A model generated the notes under the pieces. It was not told the origin of the DNA. It saw nothing but the letters and a program-made list of their open reading frames with translations, and ran no database searches. A stretch of DNA of 64,000 nucleotides, from assembly GCF_964204645.1 (NCBI RefSeq), contig NC_134029.1, positions 19,152,950 to 19,216,949 of the forward strand, written 5' to 3'. This document shows, one piece after another, positions 37,932 to 51,996 of the stretch. Within the stretch, counting starts at the first letter, position 1; every line of letters starts with the position of its first letter. The translations under genes and the position numbers were made by a program. The DNA is from Tubulanus polymorphus (lineage: Eukaryota; Animalia; Nemertea).

Positions 37932-40900
37932 CTACATAACCTCGATATCACAAATGTCCGCGTCGTCTAAAAAATCGTCCGTGGCCATCGAAGATAGATT
38001 TTTCGCTCGTTCATCGACGATTCGATCGCCGCTGTCCATTTCGGCGTCGGCGTTCCGTTTTTCTGCGCCGCTCGGCTGAATTTCGACATCCTGACTACGT
38101 TGATCGAGATCTTTCAAACGTTTCGCTTCGAGGATATCTCGTTTCAGCTCTTCGTATTCGTTTTTCAAATCGTGCTCGCGAATTCGACGTTTCGCTAATT
38201 TGTGCTTTCGCCTGCAATAAAACGGAACATGAAAATTTGTTGGAATTCTAACGCATATAATACCTCAATTCCGCATCAAGCGCTAGATGGAAACCAATAG
38301 TTTTGTATCACAGCAGACAAACGCTAGTTGGTTACCTAATCGTCAGTGGTAAAGCCCCGAACACACCATGCGATTTTCCCTGCAAATTTCGCAGCGAATT
38401 TATCGCACAGAGCGCAGCGGACACACCTATGCGATCAGCTGTTAGCGACCTCATGCGGAGTTCGTGGTCATGTGATCAAACAGATGGCTGGGTCCAGGAA
38501 ACTTAAAATTGTTGTTGTTGTTGCTGGTCACTTTGATTGGTTTCGATTTCAAGTGGTTCGCAGCGAAATTCGTATTCGTATATTCGCTGCGATAAAATTC
38601 GCCGCGAAAATATTAAACATGTTTGATCGGTGCGATTTTCTGCAGCCGACCGAACACACTATGCGAATTTCGCTGCGAAATCTGTTATCGCAGACGCTGT
38701 GCGAATAAAATCGCATAGTGTGTTCGGGCCTTAAGCTAATCAGATGAGCTTATACCAACTCTGGCTTTTGTTTGTGGTTTGTAGAAATATCCGATCGTGA
38801 AACTAAACCACAGATAGGTTACTGACTAAGCAGACAGCATAACAGTCGAACCGGTAACAATTTTTTCAGTTTAGAACCTAGGATTTCATCGATTTATATA
38901 ATGAACCATCAGTTATAACAACCAGATTTTTTGTCGTTTTTTTCTTATGTTCGTCGTTATGAGGTTCCCGCGGTAGTATGAATCAATCGTGATTTAATTC
39001 TACTTATTTTCTGAATATCAATTCAAAGTTTTGAAATTAATAAATACAGTAGACTCGGCTTAGATAGGCCCTTTATGACCGTGCTCTTCCGAATTATTTC
39101 TTACAATTGCTACATTCAGAGGTTTCTGCTGACTTTTCAGTCTCGGTATTACAGAAATCTATTATGAAGAAAAATATTTCATCTACCAGAACAGCACAAT
39201 CATAATGGGCCCAAGGAATTGATTGCCTTGGATTATGACGTTGAACTTTTCTCCAATTCACCTGATGACAATCCGAGCAATGTGACATCTGAGCTACGTG
39301 ATACTGAGGTTGATGATTTGCAATAACACCAACTATAAAATATTTTTTCCGACCCTCCTGAGCACTGCGACGCTCTATAATATTCCAATCTTAATTAATA
39401 ACCAAAGCAACTTACATTCTCTTTTTCTGCAGATTCTGTTGTGGTCGGAAGATCTTCGCGAGTGTTTCTTTTGGAATACTTTTATCGTTCTTGATCAGGT
39501 AAAGGTATACGCCACCTGCAGTTCTCCTTCGACTGCCATCCTGAAAACAAAAAAGACACATTTCAAAATGTTGATTTTTTTCAAGATCTTGACCTAATGA
39601 TTTTGATTCCCTAATGCACAGGCCATATATCGACATCAACACCATTGTTTGGCCACTATCTTTAACCGCCACTAGATGACTAACCAGTCAAACCTGGGTG
39701 AACTTTGGATTCATAGTTGGCCAACTAGTGGTCAGAGATAGAGTGGTCGAACGCACGAGGGGAGTTTGGTCTTTTGCATTTCACAGTCTCAGCCATCATG
39801 GAACTAGGTCTGAACTACTGCAACTGGCTTAATCCTGTGGTCCACTACTTTTGGACTGTAGCTCTGACACAAATAGTTGATAACCAAAGTTCACCATGGC
39901 TGTTTCTACGACAGGGTCACTGGGGGATTCCTTTCACATTCGACTAACAGGTGACAGTTACTGTAAAGATGATGTCAAAGCACCTAGACCCATGGTTGCA
40001 GATCTCTAAAATTTTCATTATCCGATAGCGATTGCTATTACGGGATATCGACAAATCCATGTTCTGGAACTCGTCGTTCAATGGTGCTTGTCAGAACCGG
40101 AAATCGGAAACTTATTCCGCCATATTAGAAATATGATGAACTTGACTGTGAAATAACAATTCAAAATCAAACTGAAGATTTAATCAACCACAAGCGGTGA
40201 GTCGTTTTTCAAGGAAGCAACACTCTTAAAGTTTCAAGGGGCTACATGACTAGCCTCCACTAACCTGTGTCATCATACCCCCGGATTCTTCAAGGCTGTT
40301 CGTCATCTGTAAGAACTTTAGCGCCATTTCTTTGCCTAGATGCACAACAACCAATTCTGCAAAAACATTTTATTTGAGAAAATGAACATATTTAATGGAT
40401 CGTTTTGACAAAGTAACTTTTGCCTTCGAGTTATTTCAAATTGATTTAGGTAATGAATCGGGACCGGATACAAATAAGACATAGGTAGATAAATTTCGTT
40501 TATTCAAATTTAAAAGAAATGATCGAAAACTGTCATTTTCCATGACTTCAACTAACGTAGTCAAATTCATACAACACGGACAGAAACTTTGATAATACGC
40601 GCAATCGAGCAATTCTCAATTCCCTGACTTATCCCTGGTTTTCAGCTTTTTTACAAAATTCCTCAAAAATTGTAGGTCAAGTGGCCACCCAGTTTTTTAT
40701 AAAGCACAGCGATTACAATGCAAAAATTTCTTACCGATCATTTCCAGATTTTGTTCGCACAGTTTGAACGAGATATCGGCGGCGACCGCCGTTTCGTCTT
40801 CTGTCAACGCGTAATCGTGCGTTAAGCCCTCATCTACCTTTTCGCCGAGTCGCTCTTTCGCCGGCGCTTTTCTTTTCAAATTTGCACGTCGCCGATTTTC

Positions 40901-42045
40901 CGCCGCATCGCCGCCGTCGTCCATCTCCTCGTCGCCGGTTTTTCGATAACCGAGTCGCGATTTTGCGTTGTCCCGTGTCGCGTCGCGCTTAAACGTGTTC
41001 TCCTGGCGTAATTCGGGGTTCGTGAGTTTTTCGACGTTATCGAGGTCCCCGTCGTCGAACGGATTATCGACGTCTTCCACTTCGAGCACGTTGCCATCGG
41101 CGACGACGACTTTCCGCTGCTTATCGAAATCGCCGTCGTTGTAACTGTAACTTTCGACGTCGCGGTCGATTACGTTCGCTTTCTGCATAACGTCGACGCC
41201 CTCGAGATCGTTGACGATGGTCTGTTCTGTTACGACGCTGCCCCAAACGTTGTTGATTTTGCGTTTTGTTTTATTGGCGCTCGCGTTGTCGCCGCGGCCG
41301 CCGTTGTTGTTCGGAAGCGGCGGGAAACCGTCGCGTTTGATCAGGTCCGGTCGATTCAACAACGGATTCACGAAAGTTTCTTCGTTGTCGTTCGTATTGT
41401 TCGAAGTTTTTCGATATTTTCTCTTATTCGCCAGACGACTGCGCGGCGCTTCGCTGTCGCTGTCCTGATCGCTGCTTTCGTCGGTATCGGAAAGACCGGG
41501 AACCGGCGCAGACGCTCGATGGTACAGCGTATGAGAACGAACGGCCGTCATCTCGGAAGGTACAGCGGCCGCAGCAGCCTGACTCAACTGGAAAAATCAA
41601 AATATACCAACAATCGTTTGATCTATGAGTTTAGGTCACCTTTGAACTGAATTAGCACATTGGAGTAGGGAACATTCTGGCCAACTAGATAACCATTTTT
41701 GAGTTGACATTTTGCAGATGTGAATGTTACAATATTTATTTTACTTATTTTAAGTAGGGCCTAAAATATTTACGTTTTTTTTAAATCGAATTTTTAAGTT
41801 ATTGGAATTCTTTGCTTATGATTGTCAGGTGCTTTTTCAAATCTCAGACACTACAGTACAACATAAAAGTAACTTTGAATGATATTATTATTTATTGATG
41901 ATAGCAGGCATGCAAAAAATGAATTTTCTGGTTGTGCACTTCAGCTGTATGTCTCGAAGTTGACATATAGCCCATATCAGCAATCAAAGCAAAGGAAAAA
42001 TATGCAGACCTCCTCTTCCGAGCTGAGAAGTTCTCCTTCTTCCAT
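37932..42045 (-). CDS. PHAX: Phosphorylated adapter for RNA export (PHAX), ~461 aa
   Basis: Exons 42045-42010 (MEEGELLSSEEE), 41587-40735, 40356-40265, 39540-39416 and 38211-37932 total 1386 nt. Motifs: KRKINNVWGSVVTEQ, RDVESY, E.SGGMMTQDGSRRRTAGGVYLYL (PHAX RNA-binding domain). Confidence 0.92.
38353..38731. mobile_element. PIF/Harbinger-like MITE with TAA TSD, inserted into another MITE in the last PHAX intron
   Basis: TAA-AGCCCCGAACACACCATGCGATTTT ... AAAATCGCATAGTGTGTTCGGGCCT-TAA. Confidence 0.8.
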
Positions 42046-42284
42046 TTAGAAACTTCAAATCAAATCTAATGCTGATGGGCCATTCGAATACAATTCGATT
42101 TGAATTGATTCTGGTAAAGCATAAAATCCGGAACAGGCTTATATGTGTCCCGGACCAAATCAAATAGGCAAGACAGAGTAGTTGTAAACCGGCCCGATTT
42201 TAAAAGCTGACCACCACTCTAACGGTTATGTCATTAACTTAAAGTAGTTGTCGAATAAACACTATAATCGGTGTAAACTGTAGA

Positions 42285-42424
42285 TAAATGAAGAAATCCC
42301 ACACTTCGAATTTGAAATTATACTATCAAATTTATTATTACGAAACCACCGTAATAATTTTTGTTTCGTAATAATAAATTTGATAGTATAATTTCAAATT
42401 CGAAGTGTGGGATTTCTTCATTTA
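42285..42424. repeat. Perfect inverted repeat, 62-bp arms, 16-nt spacer, upstream of the PHAX ATG
   Basis: 42285-42346 is the reverse complement of 42363-42424. Confidence 0.9.
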
Positions 42425-42567
42425 ACTTAAAGTACTTTAACCGTAACGTATCTTTCAACACGTATCCTTAAACCGCGATGCATAAGTTGACCGGTGCAGC
42501 TTCCGGACTCGAAGTGGCGGCCCACACACAATAACGACGCCGCGCGAGATAGCCCTCTTTGAGCTAG

Positions 42568-42870
42568 ACGATGAGTCTTGTCAAAATACTTGAATGAAGA
42601 TTTTGACGGCGTCATTGAGAGATCTTGTATTCCAGGAACCACCGTTACCACCGTATAGTGGTACGGGAGCTTTTTAATACAAAAAATTAGGCCGCTCCCT
42701 TACACTGGTGTTCAGCTGAGAGGCGAATTCTGGTTAATATGTTTGGCCAATTTTGGCAGTCGGAAAATGAGCAATTTTCTTACGGTTTTCAGTGGTTTTC
42801 TGGTGATAAATCATATAACTATATGCACTAGGCTTAATACATGAAAAACCTTTCGCCAGATAAGCCTATT
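42568..42870 (+). pseudogene. Relic 3' end (end of last exon plus 3' UTR) of a third EF-hand paralog
   Basis: TCAAAATACTTGAATGAAGATTTTGACGGCGTCATTGAG matches 45571-45609 of paralog A. TATGCACTAGGCTTAA...CGCCAG matches the paralog A 3' UTR near 45760. Confidence 0.75.
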
Positions 42871-44813
42871 GAAACAAAGCCAACTGAATCTGTTGTATTC
42901 GGTTTATCTACGGTTTGGTTTCATTACAGTCTTTATCCCTTGAATAAGTAAATCATTCGCGACCGCAGTGGATCTCGTTTAGACGAATCTTGTGCGCAAA
43001 GTGAAAAAGTCGTTCGTATCAAACCGGTTTCGTATTATCTAAAGCTTGATTGATATTGATTATCCTAGCTGGGACATGTTGGAAATGCTCGTAATAAACG
43101 GGTTTCGTTGGTTGATCGTTGATTCTACTAAGAAGTACGTCGAAATAGTAGTTATGATTAAACGTAAATCAAACATTGAGAAATTTGGCAAGATCCATGA
43201 ATATTTTAAATCGCCTGATATTATATTTATCGCAAGGCTAAAATTCATATGTTATTTTTGTTCTTATTTTTTCTATATTTGTTGAATGTCTGTCATATGT
43301 GTCACAATGTATATAATTCGTTTACTCTTTGTCTCACTGTCATTACTCGTCACCTTTGTTTTTCTATCAGTTTCCATGTCTCCACCCGCCTTGTATCTCA
43401 ATGTAAATAGTTTTTGTCTAAAATAAAGTCAGTCCAGTTTTGGTATTTCAAACTGGTCGTCAAGTTGTTACTCTTTCGCTCTGTTCCAGATTTCCGACGT
43501 CGACCAATCTTCGAGAACAGGACCGAAAATAACTTTGTTAGAATATGCTGGACAATGAAGAAGGATATGCTCTTCATTTTCGACTGATATGCTAGAATCC
43601 CACGTTTTGCAGAATCTCTCATGTGCAGGGACGCAGAATCTTATGCGACGGGTAGTTTCAATTCTAGCTTTGTGATTTGGTAAATGTTCTTCCTTCTTCG
43701 TATTCACGTTGTTTCATTATACTGCCATCCAACAATGACACCTAAATAATCAGTATGGGCCCGGACTGGTAATAGTTTCACCATCATAAACCATGGGCTA
43801 GGTATAAAATAGGCTGTAAATGCCCTCGTTTAGAGATAAGCCGATACGATAAAAACCATTAGCTTTTGCCAATGACGGTTTTGATCGTTATGAACTTGGG
43901 ACACTGCAATAGTCCTCGATTGCGTACAACGAGCGTTATTGGATAAGGTCACGGTCTAGCACCTGCATACCAGGCACCATCTAGACGCTCCCACTCCACG
44001 CCTTTGAATATGTCCCTGAACTAGTTTTTCACATACAAACAACCACTCGGGAAGACTAACAAGGTATGACAACTTTCTTTATTCATGCCACAGTTTATCA
44101 TTACCATCATCAGTTGGCAGATCTTTAAAAAGCTTTACAGCCTATTTTCATCCGCTTCGATATCTCGTTTGGTGGTTTAAAGAGGTGACAGAACACAACG
44201 TCCTACCGACACGACCCCAGAGAAGGCCTACGTCTGCAGGGTTTTGGCAATGAAGAATAGAAGGGTGGAATAATTACCAAAACCAAGATTAGGTTTATGA
44301 TTAGTAAACCGAATGATTATATTCTAGTTCGCTTTTTCGCATTGTTTGTTTACGTAAGAAAGTGGCAGTCAAAAGGACGTTATTCTCGCCATAAGAAAAA
44401 ACGAACATATTTTCTACGTAAGATTATTAGTATAAAAACGTTTAGAAACGTTTTAATCTCTATCAAAAAGATGCTCAGGAATTTCCTTAAAATGGTTAGT
44501 TAAACATGAAAAGTCACAAGGACTGTTGATTCTGGTTTTCATTTTTCCGTTTACAGAAACTCGCAGTCTTAGTTTCGGGAAAGGGCTGGAAATCCGACTT
44601 ATTCAAAGTCGGAGGATTTTTCTCGGTCCCAAAAGATCCGACTTACGCGAGGTTTACTGTAATAAAATGATCTATACACACGGAATGTTAAAAACTTTCT
44701 TTCGAAAAATAACGTCAAACAGGTACCTGATCGTTCGATTACCAGCTTATACTCGATATTTCTTGATTATTCTCAGCTTGGTTAAAGTTCTATATCATCT
44801 ACACCGCTACAAG

Positions 44814-45630
44814 ATGGAGAGCGAGATGTATCACGTGTTCGTGAATATTTGCCAAAAGTATAAAATTACTGCCGCATCGACCAAACTCGACGAAGCGTTT
44901 AAAGATTTTAAAGTCACCGATACGAACAATGATAAGACTTTGGACAGAGAGGAAATTAAGCAGTTGGGGTTAAGCAAAGAATGCATCGATGTAGGCTGAA
45001 TAGAGTGCTTTCTATTTGAAATGGAAAAAAAAAATCTGCATTAATATTCACGAATGAACTGTTTATGTTAAATTAGGATCTTAGAAATCAGATATGTTGA
45101 ATAATATAAACTGATAATAACCGTCTGATGATAATTGAATAATATAGTTAACAACCGCCATAACATTTTGACAGAGATTTATCTCTTTTTTCTAAGGAAC
45201 TATTTACATCGGATATTGATGGCAGTAAAGTTGACAGAATTACTCTGAGGGAGCTTTTCAGGCATATCTTCTTGTAAGTTTTCATTAGCTAGATAAACTA
45301 CGTGCGCGACTGAGCCGTCGCCGTCGCAGGTCCATTTCCACATTATCTCATTCATTTTGATTTTTGTAATGATCTAGACCGACAATCGAGAAAAAGTGGA
45401 AAAAGCTTTTCAAGCAACTCGACACGGACGATAGTGGTTTCATCTCACCGGACGAGTTGGTACCGTATTTGAAGATGTGTGGGATGACCGAAGCAGACAT
45501 CGATTTGGCCACAGCGGTCATCGAAACATACGATCTTAACGATGATAACCAACTTTCTTACGACGAGTTTTCAAAATACTTGAATGAAGATCTTGACAGC
45601 GTAATTGAGTTGTTGACGAGAGATCTCTAA
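44814..45630 (+). CDS. EF-hand calcium-binding protein (calmodulin-like), paralog A, ~168 aa
   Basis: Exons 44814-44990, 45197-45273 and 45378-45630. EF loops DTNNDKTLDREE, DTDDSGFISPDE and DLNDDNQLSYDE; the second hand is degenerate. Confidence 0.87.
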
Positions 45631-48600
45631 CCTGACAAGGAAACCACCGCACAACACCATACTCATTCTGTTCATTCTGTACATCGAAGTATTTAACCAA
45701 GATTGGACAAGTTTATACAAATACTTTTTCTGAACTTGAATATGCACTATTCGCTTGAATATGCACCAGGCTTAAATGAAACCTTACGCCAGCAGGAAAA
45801 GCCATTTAATTTAATTACACCAACAATTCATCAGCTTATATTTAGGTTTTATGCCTATTCCATATAAATCAGTGTGTCTAAATGTTCCAACTAGGTTATT
45901 TCTAATAAAACTATTTCAAATTCTGTGATTGTGTTGGTCGTTGTGGTTCTTGTTGTTTTGTATGTAAAACTGTTCTTTCTGACTCTAGTTCTGTTTGAGC
46001 AGGCATTGATTGAAAATAAACCCCTGGTGAAATACATGCGTGTTTCTATTTTTTTGTAGTGTGAAACTACACTGCTATGCTCCATAATTCATGTACATAT
46101 CGAGGAATTTTTCTCAATGGCCCTTATATTGACGAGATTAATAACACGTCACTGAAGTGCAATGTTTTTTTTCATATACATATATGAATACATTTTCCAA
46201 TACATAAAACGCACAAAATGTCCCCGGAAATAATAACGCAATTTGTTTGTTGGAAAAATGTTCCAGTTTTACTAACTTGGTAATTCAGTTTAGATTTCAA
46301 GCCGAACATTAGACTCACCGTCATCTTATCTGACAAGCATAGGTCTCATTGCTCATCTTGGTTCAATAAGTGATTTAGTTGTTTCAGGACCTAAATGTCC
46401 TCATGTCCTCTTACAGTAGTTAATTTCAGCACCTGCTGAATTCAACTTTCAGGTCACGAAAACGAATTTTGCTTAAAAAATTGAAATTAGAATATTCCGG
46501 AGTAAAGTCCCAGATGATGCAATCACATTGTTCTAAGTTAGTATATCTTAATACAGTGTACCACTTTGGCAAATATTTTCTCGACTGAAAAGACGATTTC
46601 AGAGGGTGCTAAAACTATACCAAGGTAAGCCTATATTGCATAAATCAATTTCTAGGTTCCGAAAACAACTAAAAGTTGTATCGGTGGAGGGCTCGTTGAG
46701 GGATTTTGGGCAGAGGTATTTTCAACGGGATAGATCTCGTTTTCTCAAGCATATTTTTCAAATGTCATCAAGATTTTTCGCGAGTTAATCTGCCCGTCAT
46801 ATCCATATCTATGTTCATGGTACTTCTTTTATTGTGCCATATTACTACACTTTCATATTTCAGCTTGCGCATTTATATATCACATTACTCAATTCCCCAA
46901 TTTACTCAAAAAATTACTCTACATTGTCTACTATAATACCGTATATCGGACTTGGGCCGGATAATTAAATCAACAATTCGTCTTATTTATTCATAAAGTT
47001 GAATGTTTATCAAGGTTTCTAAACGTATCTAAATGTTCTAATGATGTTATTTCATTTTTTTTAATAATAAAATCTATTTCAAATTCTGTGATTGTGTTGT
47101 ACGTTTTGAGTCTTGTTGTTCTTGCGGGACTGCACGGATATAAGTGTGAGTTAGGGATTCCCTAACTACTAGTGTGCTTCATGCAGTTGAACCCCCTAAT
47201 ACGATTCTGTTAAAGGTGAAACCAGTTTATTACGATGATTTCCAGTCGCAGCTAAGATATTTATATCAATCAAGATTTGGATAATACGAAACCCGTTTGA
47301 TACGACAGTTTCGCTTTTGCCCACAAGATTCGTATTAAGCCGACCCCGTCTCCGAGTGCTGTACCGAAATGAATAAAAAGAACGAATCTAATCAAATCAA
47401 ACTTTTTTTGACCCGTAATGCAAAGATTAACATTCTGGCATGAGCACAATATCTAAAAACAATGACGATAAAACGCAGAACAAAAATTAACGGTTAAATT
47501 CGTACAAAAATTTTGCAAACTTGAACCAAATGGTGGAGCAAATCATAAGAGATGCGATCGTAATTTTCAAAATATCCTTATTGATCTTATTACTCAATCA
47601 CCTAAATTGTACATTTTTGCAAGAAACTTATTAAAAAATTGCATTTGTCTAATGAATGATGACTGTCATAAGTATTTTTCTAGTGTTTATTTAAATGTAT
47701 ATCTATGTATGCGTATCCTAATTAGTTACTCCGTTATTTCTGTTTTTTCATTTCAACAAGTACTTGTATATTGTGTTATTGAATTTGTAATTTTTTCTAT
47801 CGCGTTATCAAATTTGTAAATTCTGTTTTGTTCCTCTAATACCTGTAATATTGATCAGATCTGATTCAACCATATCATAGAAATATAGGTTTCTTTGTAA
47901 AGTATGTTTTCTACAATAAAATGAATAGTGGAGTTCATCTTCTGCAGTTGCATTTAACGATGAACTGAGTTCTCGGGGTCCCGTCGTGCGGGGTGAATGT
48001 GGCCACGAAGGCCGTGCGCTTTTGGTCACAGTCACCCACATGGCGGTATAAAAATAATGTCTGTACGACTGACGAAACTGATGTTTCCATATACATTTTT
48101 CAATACATGTATGAAAAACGTGCGTATTATATGGACTAAATCGATATTTATGAAAGTAGGGTAGCAATCAAACATTACTTGAACAATTCAACTCATTCGC
48201 TACTCAGCCATGTTTTCATTTTCAACTCGACACATTTAACGACTAAAAAACGAATTGTATTGAGGCTGCACCCGAGTTCAATACGTACAATTCATTACAG
48301 AAATATGAATCGCGTGTATTCATAATACGCTATTCATAATGATATACAAAGAGACAATACAGTCTACCAGTTCGATCGTCAGGTTTGGTTTCAATGTATT
48401 TCGTCTATTTGAAGTGCTTTGGCGCCTGATCTGGGCCATGTACAAAAAACATCAAACACCTAGCAATTTTTTCAGCGAAACCTTTATAAATCAATGTTAA
48501 TCTGCGCGTAAGAAGACTTTTTTGAAGCGGAATATTACGATTTTTCATAAAAACGAACGGATTACCAAATTCACGTTGCCGAAAATACTGCACCGGTAGC

Positions 48601-49340
48601 TAACGGAATATCATCTATTTTAGAATCTGTCTATTTGCGTGTGTTACTCGAGGAGTAGCCGTTTGAACTGTTTTGAAAATGATGTAGAATGTAACCTACG
48701 AGCAATCATCTCAACTAGTAGATGTAACATTGTTGCCGTGTCCTGATATATGATGAACTGTAATCTTGGAGTAATCATTGAAATGATTACTCCAAGCTGT
48801 AATCATCAAATGTTTTATGGCTCTCAGCTACCACAGTAGACCATCGTCACAGAAAGTTGCAAAGTGTTAGATAATCGAGGTGGGCGTCTGAATTTTCTAA
48901 ACACGTGGCATATCTTTTCAAATTGCAACTTGTTTTCATTTTATGTATCTGTCTCAAATCCAGTTCTAATTCTATCGAAAAAAGTCATGGTGACCTTGGA
49001 ATCCAGGCACCTGTGACATATTAACGCGTCATAACAACCACGCCTTTTATTCGTCCCATACGCAGTTACTAGTTCGTCGTTGGCAACCACTCGGGAAGGA
49101 TAAACCGGTAGGTAAAACATTCACTGATGTATTTATCATGGCGCTTGGCGGGCCAATTCGCAGTATCGTGATGGAACATTTGTATATGGACCAAAGACTT
49201 CTTTGTCTAGTGTTAGATCGTAATGACGTTGATGTTTTTATGGTCGAAATGTCACATACACGAAATAATCTCGTCATTGAATCCGATAATATTTCATATG
49301 AAAATCGTATTCACTTTAACAGATACTCCACCACATCAAG

Positions 49341-50653
<1,313 letters not shown>

Positions 50654-51996
50654 TTCTAGTTTTACTGAGTGATAAATTTTAGCAAGAAAAACCTAATGTA
50701 ATAACTCGTTAACTCAAATAAAAACAACAGTTATAAATCATTATTATAGCATTGTCTTTATCCCTTAGAAAATTTGTATAGCGATAGCTTAGGTGACAGC
50801 GGGGATTTCATTCTTGGCCCGCGCCTTTTCAAAGCCCATCAAACAGTGTTAACTAAACGCAGTGCAGTAGAAAAAATAGATCTGTTTCGATTACACAGTG
50901 GACGTATAACACGTATAAGGGGCTGTATATAAAAGACGTTCCAGACGACGTTGTGGACTTTTGTGGACAAGGTGGAGGGATGTGGACATCATTGTTCCCT
51001 GCTTGATTCCTGTAAGCCAAGAACAAATCATTTAGTGCATTATCAGTACATAATAGTTCACACCCTACACCAATTATTGACCTTCACTTAATCCACTAGA
51101 TGAGGAAATACATGATCATTCATCGACATCAAACGGAAGACTCCGTATCCCTAAAGATAGGCGCGCTTAATGGCAATGCTTCTGATTCCGGGTTTTTCAA
51201 AACGTTCGGTTCGTCCGACCATAGAACTATAATTCTATGGTCTATCTGATTTCGTTTGATTTTCGATGCAGCGGGATAGCCCGGTCCGAGACATCAAGCC
51301 GACTCAAGATGCGGCCAATCTCGTAGGGCAAGGGTCCACTTGAATCACAAGTGAAATATTACCTACCAGACCCGGTGTGGCCGACCCTTACTATGCGCAC
51401 ATAGAATATGACCATCGGCGCTTGGTCCAATAACTAGCAAATTACATTTTCCCCGGTGGGGTATATTATGTGTCGTTCGTTGTTACGTTCGTATCACGTC
51501 CGGTTCGCAAATAAATCCTAAGTCCGGTTGTTCGGCAAAGGCACCGGACATTTTTGTGTCAAACATGTTTTATCTTTTAACGTGAAGAAATAGAGTAGAA
51601 TGTAAATCCTTATCAGACGTCATATGTATTCAAATAAAACAGACTCTGAATTTAATCGGTATTAAGTTTTAGCATGACAATTATGGGGATTGAACTATAT
51701 TATGCATCGAAAAAGTGTTACACCTTCAGGTCAACAAAACAATTGAGCAATGCGATGATGTCGCAATACATATTCAATTCAATTCAACATTTATTGCTTA
51801 CGAGTACGAATACCAATACCGACGATGATGCCAACAACTCGTTTCTAACATATTCCTGGGTAGTTTCATGCAGGTGGTGAAGCTTATTCGAATTGAATCC
51901 ACAAATTTTCATTGAAGCAACTAAGTAAAAAGCCTTCAAGATGATAAACTGTTTACATACATGAACTAAAATCAAATGATTCATATTCCATCTTCT

